In this document: one piece after another, positions 25,239 through 33,190 of the stretch
Layout: each line of letters opens with the position of its first letter
Numbering within the stretch: the stretch's first letter is position 1
Origin: a virus
Direction: 5' to 3' (one strand)
Virus record (IMG/VR): IMGVR_UViG_3300025284_000002
Span: 1 to 43,380 of that record
Length of the DNA: 43,380 nucleotides
Translations under genes and position numbers: made by a program
Notes under the pieces: generated by a model
What the model was told of the DNA's origin: nothing
What the model saw: only the letters and a program-made list of their open reading frames with translations
Databases searched by the model: none

Positions 25239-25643
25239 ATGAGCATCTCTTCTCCTCAATCGGGCGGAGCCGCGGTGGACTTCCTCGCCACCCGCGAAGG
25301 CTGCGAGCCTCAAGCCCGCGCCTGCGCCCGCCTCATCACCCAGATCATCGTCCAGGCCCTCATCGACCTGGGCGCCAAGCCCAGCGGCCCCGAGAAGGAT
25401 GCCATGCGCAACCTCGACGACGACGCACGCGCCGCGGCCCGCTTCTTCTTCGACCCTGACTCGTTCTTCAACGGCTACGCCAAGCTCATCGGCATGAGCG
25501 GCGAGAAGTTCGTCGCGAACATGCTGCAGAACGTCGTCAGCTACCCCTTCCTGGGCGTCGGCACCGATCACGCCCGGATCGCCCGCATCCGCCGCCAGTG
25601 GTGGCTCAACGAGCAAGCCCATCAACAACGGAGGGCAGCATGA
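25239..25643 (+). CDS. Hypothetical early protein (134 aa)
   Basis: Track ORF, ATGA-coupled to the next gene. Confidence 0.65.
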   Translation: MSISSPQSGGAAVDFLATREGCEPQARACARLITQIIVQALIDLGAKPSGPEKDAMRNLDDDARAAARFFFDPDSFFNGYAKLIGMSGEKFVANMLQNVVSYPFLGVGTDHARIARIRRQWWLNEQAHQQRRAA

Positions 25644-25981
25644 TCCAGTCGAACATCGACTTCACCTCTGCGCGCGCAGCTGGCGCCGCGGCCGGTGAGC
25701 TGGCGCTCGAGCGCGCCGAGAGGACCGACCCCGAGTTCCGGGCCCGCGCGCTGCGGTTCATCGTCGCGTTCATCCGTCGCCATGGCGAGGCCACGGGAGA
25801 AAGTGCAACAGATGCGGCGATTAAGGCCGGCATCACGGCGCCTGATGCGCGCGCTTTCGGCCCGGTGTACGCAGACGCTCTCAAGCGAGGACTCATCCGT
25901 GTTGTTGCATACGTGCCTCGTTCGAAGGGGCACGGGTCCATGGGCGGAAAGCGCTACGCGCCGGGGGTGCGATGGAAGTGA
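25640..25981 (+). CDS. Hypothetical early protein (113 aa)
   Basis: ATG at 25640 with a GGAGGG Shine-Dalgarno sequence. Overlaps the methyltransferase start by 10 nt. Confidence 0.65.
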   Translation: MIQSNIDFTSARAAGAAAGELALERAERTDPEFRARALRFIVAFIRRHGEATGESATDAAIKAGITAPDARAFGPVYADALKRGLIRVVAYVPRSKGHGSMGGKRYAPGVRWK

Positions 25982-26706
25982 AGACCATCGGCGACGCAAC
26001 GCTCTACAACGCGGACTGCATGGAAGTGCTGCGCTCGCTGCCTGACAGGGCCTTCGACCTGGCCATCACGGACCCGCCGTACTTCGACGGCCCGAACCGC
26101 TCTGGCTACTACGGCAAAGGCTACTCGAGCCTGGGCGTGCAGCGCGCCAAACACTACGACCAGATAGATGAATGGTCAGTGCCCGACACGGAGTACTTCA
26201 CCGAGCTGCGGCGGGTGTCGCGCCACCAGATCATCTGGGGTGCCAATCACTTCGCCGACCGGTTCGCTTCGGCCTCGCCGTCGTGGATCGTGTGGGACAA
26301 GCAGAACGGTGCTAGCACGTTTGCCGATGCCGAGCTTGCCTACTGCTCCATGGACTGCGCCGTGCGCGTCTTCCGCTACGTGTGGAATGGCATGCACCAG
26401 GGGCAGTACGGCGGCAACAAGTCGCTCAACGAGCCCCGCATCCATCCGACCCAGAAGCCCGTAGCACTCTACGAGTGGCTGCTGGACAACTACGCAAGAG
26501 CTGGACAGACGATTCTGGACACGCACCTTGGCAGCGGCTCGAGCGCAATCGCGGCCAAGAACCGGGGGTTCGCCTTCACCGGGATCGAGCTCAACGAAGG
26601 CCACTTCGCGCAGGCCTGCGCTCGTATCGAGAAGGCCGGCCGTCAGCTGCCGATCTTCGCCCCCGTGGCGGTACCGCCCGAGCAGCTTGGACTGGAGGCG
26701 CTGTGA
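25972..26706 (+). CDS. Orphan DNA methyltransferase (N6-adenine/N4-cytosine, beta class)
   Basis: AITDPPYFDG (motif IV) precedes ILDTHLGSGSSAIAA (motif I). No adjacent restriction endonuclease. Confidence 0.9.
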   Translation: MEVKTIGDATLYNADCMEVLRSLPDRAFDLAITDPPYFDGPNRSGYYGKGYSSLGVQRAKHYDQIDEWSVPDTEYFTELRRVSRHQIIWGANHFADRFASASPSWIVWDKQNGASTFADAELAYCSMDCAVRVFRYVWNGMHQGQYGGNKSLNEPRIHPTQKPVALYEWLLDNYARAGQTILDTHLGSGSSAIAAKNRGFAFTGIELNEGHFAQACARIEKAGRQLPIFAPVAVPPEQLGLEAL

Positions 26707-27479
26707 TCATCCTCCCCAACAACTGGGCCGACCTCCAGCACTACAAGGACCGGTCGCCACCGTGGATCAAGCTCCACAAGAAACTGCTGGACAACTTCGA
26801 GTTCCAGACGTTGCCTGTTGCTAGCAAGGCGCTAGCACCGATGTTGTGGCTGCTAGCAAGCGAGCACGACAACGGTGAAGTCGACGCCACCCCGAAGAAG
26901 CTGGCCTTCCGTCTCCGAATGACCGAGGTCGAAGCATCGGATGCGCTTAAGCCGTTGATTGATAACGGCTTTTTCTCCGTGGTGCGCGGTGATAGCGGCT
27001 CGCTAGCAGAACGCAAGCAAAGCGCTATGCCAGAGACAGAGGGAGAGGCAGAGAAAGAGGCAGAGGCAGAGAAGAAGCCGTCGCGCAAGCGCGCCGCCGC
27101 CTCTCCCGATGTCGTGGAGCGCCCCGAGGATGTCAGCGAGCAAGTCTGGAAAGACTGGGTGCAGTTGCGGAAGAGCAAGCGGACCACGGCCAGCCTGACG
27201 GCAATCGACGGTGCCCGGGAAGAGGCCGCGAAGGCGAACCTTTCCCTGGAGGGTTTCCTGAAGGTCTGGGTTCGTCGCGGGTCGCAGGGCCTGGAGGCTG
27301 ACTGGCTCAGGCCCAACGAGCGCGGAGCCGCCTCGCCAACCGGCGAAACCCCATACCAGCGCCAGATGCGCGAACGCATGCAGCAGGCCGCGCCTGGCGT
27401 CGCTGCGCGCGGCCCTGGCGCTCCCAACAACGTAATTGATCTGGAGGCAATCGATGTCACTGCCCGCCGCCTGGGTTGA
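26703..27479 (+). CDS. Replication initiator / replisome organizer (lambda O-like)
   Basis: GTGA-coupled GTG start. N-terminus WIKLHKKLLDNFEFQTLPVASKALAPMLWLLA resembles replisome-organizer N-terminal domains. Acidic linker ETEGEAEKEAEAEKK. Followed by a P-like gene. Confidence 0.6.
   Translation: MIILPNNWADLQHYKDRSPPWIKLHKKLLDNFEFQTLPVASKALAPMLWLLASEHDNGEVDATPKKLAFRLRMTEVEASDALKPLIDNGFFSVVRGDSGSLAERKQSAMPETEGEAEKEAEAEKKPSRKRAAASPDVVERPEDVSEQVWKDWVQLRKSKRTTASLTAIDGAREEAAKANLSLEGFLKVWVRRGSQGLEADWLRPNERGAASPTGETPYQRQMRERMQQAAPGVAARGPGAPNNVIDLEAIDVTARRLG
26820..27007. repeat. Four GCTAGCA motifs (26820, 26831, 26852, 27002) inside the O-like gene, candidate iterons
   Basis: Read directly: ttGCTAGCAag, cGCTAGCAcc, tGCTAGCAag, cGCTAGCAga. 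A hairpin with a T-run (26951-26974) and a purine tract (27032-27077) follow. Confidence 0.35.
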
Positions 27480-27900
27480 CAGGATCTTCGAAAAGCTTGC
27501 GCTGACCTATGGGCGCGACTTCCTCGGCCGCTACGAAGGCCTGGACCTGAACGCCGTGAAGTCTGACTGGGCGCACGAACTGTCCGGCTTCTTCTCGCAC
27601 CCGAGCGCCATTGCGCACGCGCTCGACAACTTGCCCGACCGCGCGCCGTCTGTTGTCGACTTCCGCAAGATCGCCCGCATGGCGCCCGTGCCCGAGGCCC
27701 CGCGCATTGAGCACTCGCCCGCCGGCAAGGAGCGCATCGCTGCCGAACTGGCCCGTGTCGCCCCAGCGCTGCAGCGCCGCATTACGGTTGACTCGCGCGA
27801 TTGGGCTCGCCGGATCATGTCCCGGCACGAAGGCGGCGACCGCCGCATCACGCGCGCGCAACTGGCCATGGCCACTGACGCTCTGCGAGGTGCCGCATGA
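27454..27900 (+). CDS. Lambda P-like replication protein (helicase loader candidate)
   Basis: GGAGG Shine-Dalgarno sequence 6 nt upstream. IFEKLALTYGRDF...VKSDWAHELSGF...APSVVDFRKIARMAP parallels the N-terminal pattern of lambda P. Confidence 0.55.
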   Translation: MSLPAAWVDRIFEKLALTYGRDFLGRYEGLDLNAVKSDWAHELSGFFSHPSAIAHALDNLPDRAPSVVDFRKIARMAPVPEAPRIEHSPAGKERIAAELARVAPALQRRITVDSRDWARRIMSRHEGGDRRITRAQLAMATDALRGAA

Positions 27901-28424
27901 GCGTGCAGATGGCGGTGATCCCGGCCCCCTTCGATGAAGGCGACTACCTGATGAGCAAGGTCCGCCCGCGCTGCTGCGACGACGGCGGCTGCTGGGTCTG
28001 GACCGGCTCCACCCAGAAGGGGACGATGCCGATGATCAACATCGGCGGCAACGTGATGGCCGTCCGTCGCGCCGTCTGGATTGCCTTCAACGGTGAGATA
28101 CCGGCGGGCCTGGAAATCATCCGGACCTGCGAGACGGTCCTCTGCGTGAACCCGGAGCACCTGAAGCAGGTCACCAAGAAGACCCGCCGCCGCATGCTGG
28201 CCGCGATCCGCAATCAGCAGACCTCGGCAAGCGCCCTGGCCAAGAACCGGGAACTGCATGGCAAGCTGGACCTGGACAAGGTCCGCTACATCCGAGAGAC
28301 CGAGGAGGGCAGTGGCGTCCTCGCCGAGCGCTTTGGGGTGAGCCGCACGACGATCAACAACGTCCGCGCCTATCGTGCGTGGCCCGAGGCGGTGAGCCCG
28401 TTCTCCGGGCTGGGGAGCCGCTGA
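27897..28424 (+). CDS. HNH-like (degenerate) DNA-binding protein with a C-terminal HTH
   Basis: CWVWTGSTQKG...RRAVWIAFNGEIPAGLEIIRTCETVLCVNPEHL has the HNH fold pattern but lacks the His. C-terminal GVSRTTINNVRAY HTH. Confidence 0.6.
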   Translation: MSVQMAVIPAPFDEGDYLMSKVRPRCCDDGGCWVWTGSTQKGTMPMINIGGNVMAVRRAVWIAFNGEIPAGLEIIRTCETVLCVNPEHLKQVTKKTRRRMLAAIRNQQTSASALAKNRELHGKLDLDKVRYIRETEEGSGVLAERFGVSRTTINNVRAYRAWPEAVSPFSGLGSR

Positions 28425-28786
28425 TGGTGCCGACCCTCACCAAGCAGGTGCTCCAGATTCTCTGGGCCCATCGCGTCCACCCAATGCCTATCCGTGGATT
28501 CGTGGAGCAAACCGGCGTCCCCGCAGAGAAGGTGGAGCGCGCTCTTCGTGACTGCGTCCGCCAGCGCTGGATGTTGTTCCGCAATGGCGCCTACGAACTG
28601 ACGCTTGAGGGCGCCGTCCGCGCCAAGCGCCAACCGAAGACGGACGCGCACCGGCTGGAGCTCAAGGCCGCCCGCCTGGCGCGGAACAAGGCAGCCGCGC
28701 TGGAGGCGAAGTCCGCGAAGCGCGTCGATAGCGTCGTTGCGGTTGCGCTTGCCACTCAGCATCCGCTGGCGGGAGTCTGGGCATGA
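28424..28786 (+). CDS. Winged-helix-like hypothetical protein (120 aa)
   Basis: TGATG-coupled start. VLQILWAHRVHPMPIRGFVEQTGVPAEKVERALRDCV. Confidence 0.5.
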   Translation: MVPTLTKQVLQILWAHRVHPMPIRGFVEQTGVPAEKVERALRDCVRQRWMLFRNGAYELTLEGAVRAKRQPKTDAHRLELKAARLARNKAAALEAKSAKRVDSVVAVALATQHPLAGVWA

Positions 28787-28983
28787 ACTGCGGCCGCTGC
28801 ACACATTGGACGTTCAAGGACTCGCCGCTGAAGGACGCCGGCTTCGGCCTGTGCGCCGTTGAGAAGAACGACCTGATGCGGGTCGCCCGCACGTCGAGCG
28901 CTCAGCTTGCGTGCCGCAACGGGAAGTTCGAGATGGCTGCGATGGCGACGCTGAAGAAGCGCGAGAAGGCGCTGTCGCGATGA
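28783..28983 (+). CDS. Small Cys-rich protein (66 aa)
   Basis: Track ORF, ATGA-coupled on both sides. MNCGRCTHW...GLCAV...LACRNG. Confidence 0.5.
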   Translation: MNCGRCTHWTFKDSPLKDAGFGLCAVEKNDLMRVARTSSAQLACRNGKFEMAAMATLKKREKALSR

Positions 28984-29435
28984 GCTCCATCCTGCTGACC
29001 GACCCCGAGCAGGCGAAGAACGCGCTGCAATGGCTGTATCGGACCCAGGTCAAGGACCAGGTCGCCGATGGCAAGCGCCTGCGTGCCAGTGTGAAGCCCG
29101 AGACCCGCAAGGACGCGCAGAACGCGCACTTCCACTCCCTGATCGGCCAGATCTCGGAGCACATCGGCGGCGACCTGGCCGACCCGGACGACGCCAAGCG
29201 CATCCTGCTGAGCGCCTTCCGCATCGACACCCTGAAGGACTTCGCCGACGAGTGGAAGAAGTTCGGCGATCTGCGCATCGGCCGAGGCCTGCGCGGCGAG
29301 ACGGTTCTGATGGGCAACCAGACGCGCGACCTGTCGGTGAAGTTGGCCGCGGTGTTCATCGTCTGGCTGGAAGCCTTCGGCGCCGAGCACAACATTCGCT
29401 TCCGCGCCCCGAAGTCTTGGGAGGAGGGCAGATGA
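28980..29435 (+). CDS. ninB: NinB (Orf) recombination mediator
   Basis: RKDAQNAHFHSLIGQISEHIGGD...NQTRDLSVKLAAVFIVWLEAFGAEHNIRF parallels lambda NinB. Confidence 0.75.
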   Translation: MSSILLTDPEQAKNALQWLYRTQVKDQVADGKRLRASVKPETRKDAQNAHFHSLIGQISEHIGGDLADPDDAKRILLSAFRIDTLKDFADEWKKFGDLRIGRGLRGETVLMGNQTRDLSVKLAAVFIVWLEAFGAEHNIRFRAPKSWEEGR

Positions 29436-29596
29436 AGCCGTACATGCGCCGTCACCCCCGCTTCCGCGACCTGTGGATGTGTGGCTTCCCGCCCTATGGC
29501 TGGTGCATCGGCTGGACACCCGAGCAGGCCTATCGCCTGTGGAAGTTCTCGCAGGAGCGCGCCAAGCGCTGGGTCGACGGGAGGTACGTGGGATGA
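29432..29596 (+). CDS. 54-aa Trp-rich small protein
   Basis: ATGA-coupled at both ends. Below the track size cutoff as an independent ORF. Confidence 0.45.
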   Translation: MKPYMRRHPRFRDLWMCGFPPYGWCIGWTPEQAYRLWKFSQERAKRWVDGRYVG

Positions 29597-30231
29597 CCAT
29601 CGGCCAAACCGATAAACGCGGAATATCGGCCAAGCCGATGAAGCCCAAGGCCTGCAAACACTGCAAGTCGGTCTTCACCCCGACCAAGCGCATGCAGGTC
29701 GTGTGCGGCCCGATGTGCGGGCTGGAGCGCGCCAGGCTGCAGCGCGAAGCCAAGGAGCGCAAGCAGGCCAAGGAGCGGGCGAAGGTCGATCGCATGATGG
29801 ACAAGCAGCAGCGCGCCAAGGCGCTGCAGACCATCCCGGAGCTGATCGCCATTGCCGACAAGGCGTTCCAAGAGTTCATCCGGTGGCGCGACCGTGTAGC
29901 CGGCCATGCCTGCATCTCCAGCGGCCAGCCCCTGGACTGGTGGACGCCGAACAAGGTCGACGGCGGGCACTACCGCACCAAGGGCGCGGCATCGCACCTT
30001 CGCTACAACGAAGACAACTGCCACGCGCAAACGAAGCAAGAGAACAAGTGGAAGGCCGGCAACGCCGTCGACTACCGCATCCACCTCATTGAGCGCATCG
30101 GGCTTGCGCGCGTCGAGGCGCTGGAGTGCGACAACGAACCCATCAAGTGGACGCGGGAGGTGCTGCGCGAGATCGCAGTCGTCTACCGCGCCAAGACACG
30201 CGAACTCAAACGGAAGGAGAAGAGGGCATGA
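29593..30231 (+). CDS. ninG: NinG / Rap recombination endonuclease
   Basis: CKHCKSVFTPTKRMQVVCGPMC zinc motif plus VDGGHYRTKGAASHLRYNEDNCHAQTKQEN. Confidence 0.8.
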   Translation: MTIGQTDKRGISAKPMKPKACKHCKSVFTPTKRMQVVCGPMCGLERARLQREAKERKQAKERAKVDRMMDKQQRAKALQTIPELIAIADKAFQEFIRWRDRVAGHACISSGQPLDWWTPNKVDGGHYRTKGAASHLRYNEDNCHAQTKQENKWKAGNAVDYRIHLIERIGLARVEALECDNEPIKWTREVLREIAVVYRAKTRELKRKEKRA

Positions 30232-30488
30232 ACTGCAAACCTGGGGATCTGGCTGTCATCGTCAAGACGAGCGCTCTCGATCCTACGTGGCCCATTGGCC
30301 GCATCGTTCGTTGCGTCTCGGTTGTCTACGACGAGATATACCCATGCTGGATCGTTGACCCGCCGGTTGGAGACTTTCCGAGCGTCTACGACGGCGTGCT
30401 CCGCCCCATCCGCGACCCTGGCGAAGACGCCAAGGACGAGACCCTCTCCTGGCTCCCGGTGCCCAGCAAGGAAGGGGTGCCGGCGTGA
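30228..30488 (+). CDS. Hypothetical nin-region protein (86 aa)
   Basis: ATGA-coupled start at 30228. Confidence 0.55.
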   Translation: MNCKPGDLAVIVKTSALDPTWPIGRIVRCVSVVYDEIYPCWIVDPPVGDFPSVYDGVLRPIRDPGEDAKDETLSWLPVPSKEGVPA

Positions 30489-30673
30489 CCATAGAAGAGA
30501 TGCGCAAGGCGCAGAAGCAAGCCGAGGGAGAGATCGTCGACATCCTGACCCGGCTCAGCAGGGACACGGGCGCCGACATCCTGTCCACCAACCTCAACGC
30601 GATGCAGTACCAAGACGGCGACGGCCGCCGCACGCTCATCACTGACTTCAAGATCACTTTGGGGCTCGAATGA
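30485..30673 (+). CDS. Hypothetical protein (62 aa)
   Basis: GTGA-coupled track ORF. Confidence 0.5.
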   Translation: MTIEEMRKAQKQAEGEIVDILTRLSRDTGADILSTNLNAMQYQDGDGRRTLITDFKITLGLE

Positions 30674-30900
30674 ACCAACTGACCACGATTGCCAAGTTGC
30701 CCGGCTCTGGCGCAGGCTCCATGAGCGCGATGAGGGGGGAGGAGGGGAAGGCGAGGGCGAAGGTCGTCATTGGCCTTGACTTCGCCAGTGGCCCCGACAA
30801 GACCATCCTCCAGATCGTCGCTGCGGATGCGGCGAAGGCTATCGTCGCGCAGGTCGTCGAGGCCTACTTCGCAGCCGCCAAGCATCGGAGGGCCCAATGA
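30670..30900 (+). CDS. Hypothetical protein (76 aa)
   Basis: ATGA-coupled track ORF. Confidence 0.5.
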   Translation: MNQLTTIAKLPGSGAGSMSAMRGEEGKARAKVVIGLDFASGPDKTILQIVAADAAKAIVAQVVEAYFAAAKHRRAQ

Positions 30901-31307
30901 TGGCTGTCGTCTGTTCCAGCCCTTGGACCGTCTACGGAAAGATGGTCGATGCGCCCAAGAGCGCCTTCGTCAACTTCGGCCGCATTGCCGGCCAGATGTA
31001 CGTGCAGCCTTCGCAGTACTACCACTTCCCGGTTGTGGAGTCGCTCACGCTCCGCCTGCCGGCCTGCGCAGCGTACTTTGACCTGATCCCGGCCGCACGC
31101 CGCACGGGTGATGTGATCCAGATCGGAATGGAGGGCGAAACCCGGCGCCTCTTGTTCGCTGGGCTCGTCGACCGCGAGCCTGAGCCAATCTTCCTGCCAG
31201 ACCGAACGACCGAGTTCGAGATCCTCCTGCGCCTGAGCGATGTCGTCTCGCTGTTCAAGCGCAAGGGCAAGCGGTGGTATGCCGAGTCGATCACCCGAAA
31301 GGCCTGA
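30897..31307 (+). CDS. Hypothetical protein (136 aa)
   Basis: ATGA-coupled track ORF. Confidence 0.6.
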   Translation: MMAVVCSSPWTVYGKMVDAPKSAFVNFGRIAGQMYVQPSQYYHFPVVESLTLRLPACAAYFDLIPAARRTGDVIQIGMEGETRRLLFAGLVDREPEPIFLPDRTTEFEILLRLSDVVSLFKRKGKRWYAESITRKA

Positions 31308-31691
31308 ATGCTGATGAAAGTGAAGTACGTCGACTTCCACCAGGTGGAGCCCGAGCACGCCGAGATGCACGCCAGGCTGGAGAACTGGGCCGAGCTTGTG
31401 CGGGATCGCGGGATGCACTGGGTGAGTCCGATTTGGAAACTTGGGCGCTCCCATGGTCGGCAGTGGGACATGCCGAAGCTCCGACCACCGGTCGACACGC
31501 ACGACGGCTGGCTGATCGAGAAGGCCGTCTCCATACTGCCGGAGAAGCACCGCGCGGCTGTGCGCTGGGCCTACGTCCGCAAGGATGCGCCGGCGCGCGC
31601 CGCCCGTGAGCTGGCCGTGAGCATGGAGGGCCTGCATGCGCTGGTGCGCTCTGGTAGGGTGATGCTCATCAACCGGGAGCGCGCGGCATGA
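31308..31691 (+). CDS. Putative late-gene regulator (antiterminator Q-like)
   Basis: Position at the end of the nin region, before the late regulatory gap. The C-terminus AVSILPEKHRAAVRWAYVRKDAPARAARELAVSMEGLHALVRSGRVMLIN resembles Q / sigma-r4-like HTH proteins. Confidence 0.5.
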   Translation: MLMKVKYVDFHQVEPEHAEMHARLENWAELVRDRGMHWVSPIWKLGRSHGRQWDMPKLRPPVDTHDGWLIEKAVSILPEKHRAAVRWAYVRKDAPARAARELAVSMEGLHALVRSGRVMLINRERAA

Positions 31692-31912
31692 GAGGTAAGG
31701 ACATGGAGGTCACGCAGGACCGTGGATGGTCGTTCGCGACGATCCCCTCGAAGCACGGCGACGGCTTCATCGCATGGGCCAAGATGGGGGAGATCGTCGG
31801 CACGAACCCGGTCAACGAGCCCGGGCAGCACGTCTGGCTCGAGTCGGCGAAGACGCGCGAGCTTGCGGTCGGCAAACTGAAGGCTGAGCTAGGTCTGGCG
31901 AGTCCGTTGTAA
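31688..31912 (+). CDS. Hypothetical protein (74 aa)
   Basis: ATGA-coupled track ORF. It is the last early gene. Confidence 0.55.
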   Translation: MRGKDMEVTQDRGWSFATIPSKHGDGFIAWAKMGEIVGTNPVNEPGQHVWLESAKTRELAVGKLKAELGLASPL

Positions 31913-32110
31913 AAATGTCACTTACACGATCAGAAACGGATCGCTAGACTTCGCGCAGTTCACGGGAAAACCCATAGAGAACTCGATCCAGGCGGAGGCA
32001 TCGGTGCCACTGGATCACAAAGAATCGGAGAGGGTGGAAAACCGCGAGGCCCGCCCTAGTAGCCAATAGCCGGATAAAAGCCAAGAAGGTCCGGACCTCT
32101 CTGTCCATTC

Positions 32111-32143
32111 AGCCGCCCAGCAGCAATGCTCGGCGGCTTTTTC
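32111..32143 (+). terminator. Intrinsic terminator in the late leader (tR'-like)
   Basis: The arms agccgcc and ggcggct around a 14-nt partly paired loop form the stem, followed by ttttt. Confidence 0.7.
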
Positions 32144-32342
32144 GTTCGCCGGTCGGCCACACCAACCCTACAGGCTTGATTGCCACAAGGGCCGCATCCG
32201 GCAACACACACCAACCGCCGTTTCATGCGCTCAACCTGAGAGCGTAGCGCCAGGCGGTCAATATGGCGCTGCAATCTCCGCGTCCAGCTCCGGGCGTCAT
32301 CAGGCAGGGAAGAACGGCAAGCGCCAGCCGAAAGGTAGTCCG

Positions 32343-32660
32343 ATGGCACTCACCACGCTCAAGCCCAGGCTTGCAGCACTCACCGCCTCAAGGGCTCCGA
32401 TGCTCGACCACAAGGCCGGCACCACGGAGATGGAGAGAGGCAGGGCATGGATGGCCAAGCGCCAACGTGTAGCCCTAGCCCATGGCTACCAGTGCGCTGC
32501 ATGTGGCAGGGCCTGGAATAGCAGGCACGACCAGATCGACCACCGCATCCCAAGGGAGCAGGGTGGCAGCAACGACGAGTCGAACCTTCAGCCGCTGTGC
32601 CATGAGTGCCATGCGGCAAAGACGGCCGCAGAGGCGAAGGCAAGGGCAGGCAGGGGCTAA
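32343..32660 (+). CDS. HNH endonuclease (terminase-associated type)
   Basis: CAACGRAW...DQIDHRIPREQGGSNDESNLQPLCHECHAAKT. Located just upstream of the terminase genes. Confidence 0.85.
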   Translation: MALTTLKPRLAALTASRAPMLDHKAGTTEMERGRAWMAKRQRVALAHGYQCAACGRAWNSRHDQIDHRIPREQGGSNDESNLQPLCHECHAAKTAAEAKARAGRG

Positions 32661-32866
32661 CCCCAATGCCTTGTACGGCACAAGCGAAACGGATGAGCAA
32701 CCCTCTGGAGATGCGAGTTCATCGCATTCACCCTCGGATGCACCAGTCTGGGGCACCAGGGGGGTGGGAAAACCCTAGAAATCGGCCGATCAGGAAACCG
32801 CTCGGTTCCGCATTTGGACAATAAATCCCCCTTCCCGGTTAATCAAATGGAGCAGGCAGGAATCAA

Positions 32867-33190
32867 ATGGCAGGCGTGAAGGGCCGGAGCGGCGGGGCGA
32901 GGGCTGGGGCGGGGCGGAAGGCGAAGGGGCCGACGTACATCGCGCCCAAGGAAGCCGCTGCTGTACCTGGCGAGCCGCTCGATCCGCGCCCGACGCTGGA
33001 GCTCATCGCGCTCGGTCACATGGATGTGAGCCCGGCGCAAATGAAGGCGCTCCTGGCGCTGCTGCCGTACGTGCACACGAAGAAGGGCGAGGGCGGCAAA
33101 AAGGACGAGAAGGCCGACGCTGCCAAGAAGGCCGGCGCCGGCAAGTTCGCTGCCGCTGCGCCGCCGCTGAAACTGGTAGGCGGCCGCTGA
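32867..33190 (+). CDS. Terminase small subunit (putative)
   Basis: Position immediately 5' of the large terminase (TGATG overlap). Basic N-terminus MAGVKGRSGGARAGAGRKAKG, typical of small terminases. Confidence 0.6.
   Translation: MAGVKGRSGGARAGAGRKAKGPTYIAPKEAAAVPGEPLDPRPTLELIALGHMDVSPAQMKALLALLPYVHTKKGEGGKKDEKADAAKKAGAGKFAAAAPPLKLVGGR

Noticed and set aside
24680-25246. Long N-terminal extensions of track ORFs (24098..25246, 17532..18074, 17816..18658, 21488..22102, 21691..22200, 22118..22513, 26382..27479, 40453..41586, 41995..42621, 4519..5322)
   Set aside because: The extended parts are Arg/Pro/Ser-rich and overlap neighbouring genes or regulatory DNA. In each case an internal ATG or GTG with a 4-nt start/stop overlap or a Shine-Dalgarno sequence gives a product that begins with the recognisable domain.
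32056-32349. A 97-aa minus-strand ORF, and the 32263..32472 plus-strand ORF, in the late regulatory gap
   Set aside because: The first has the wrong orientation for the surrounding operon. Both have Arg/Cys-rich, non-protein-like translations, and they overlap the terminator and the HNH start. No ribosome-binding site is present.
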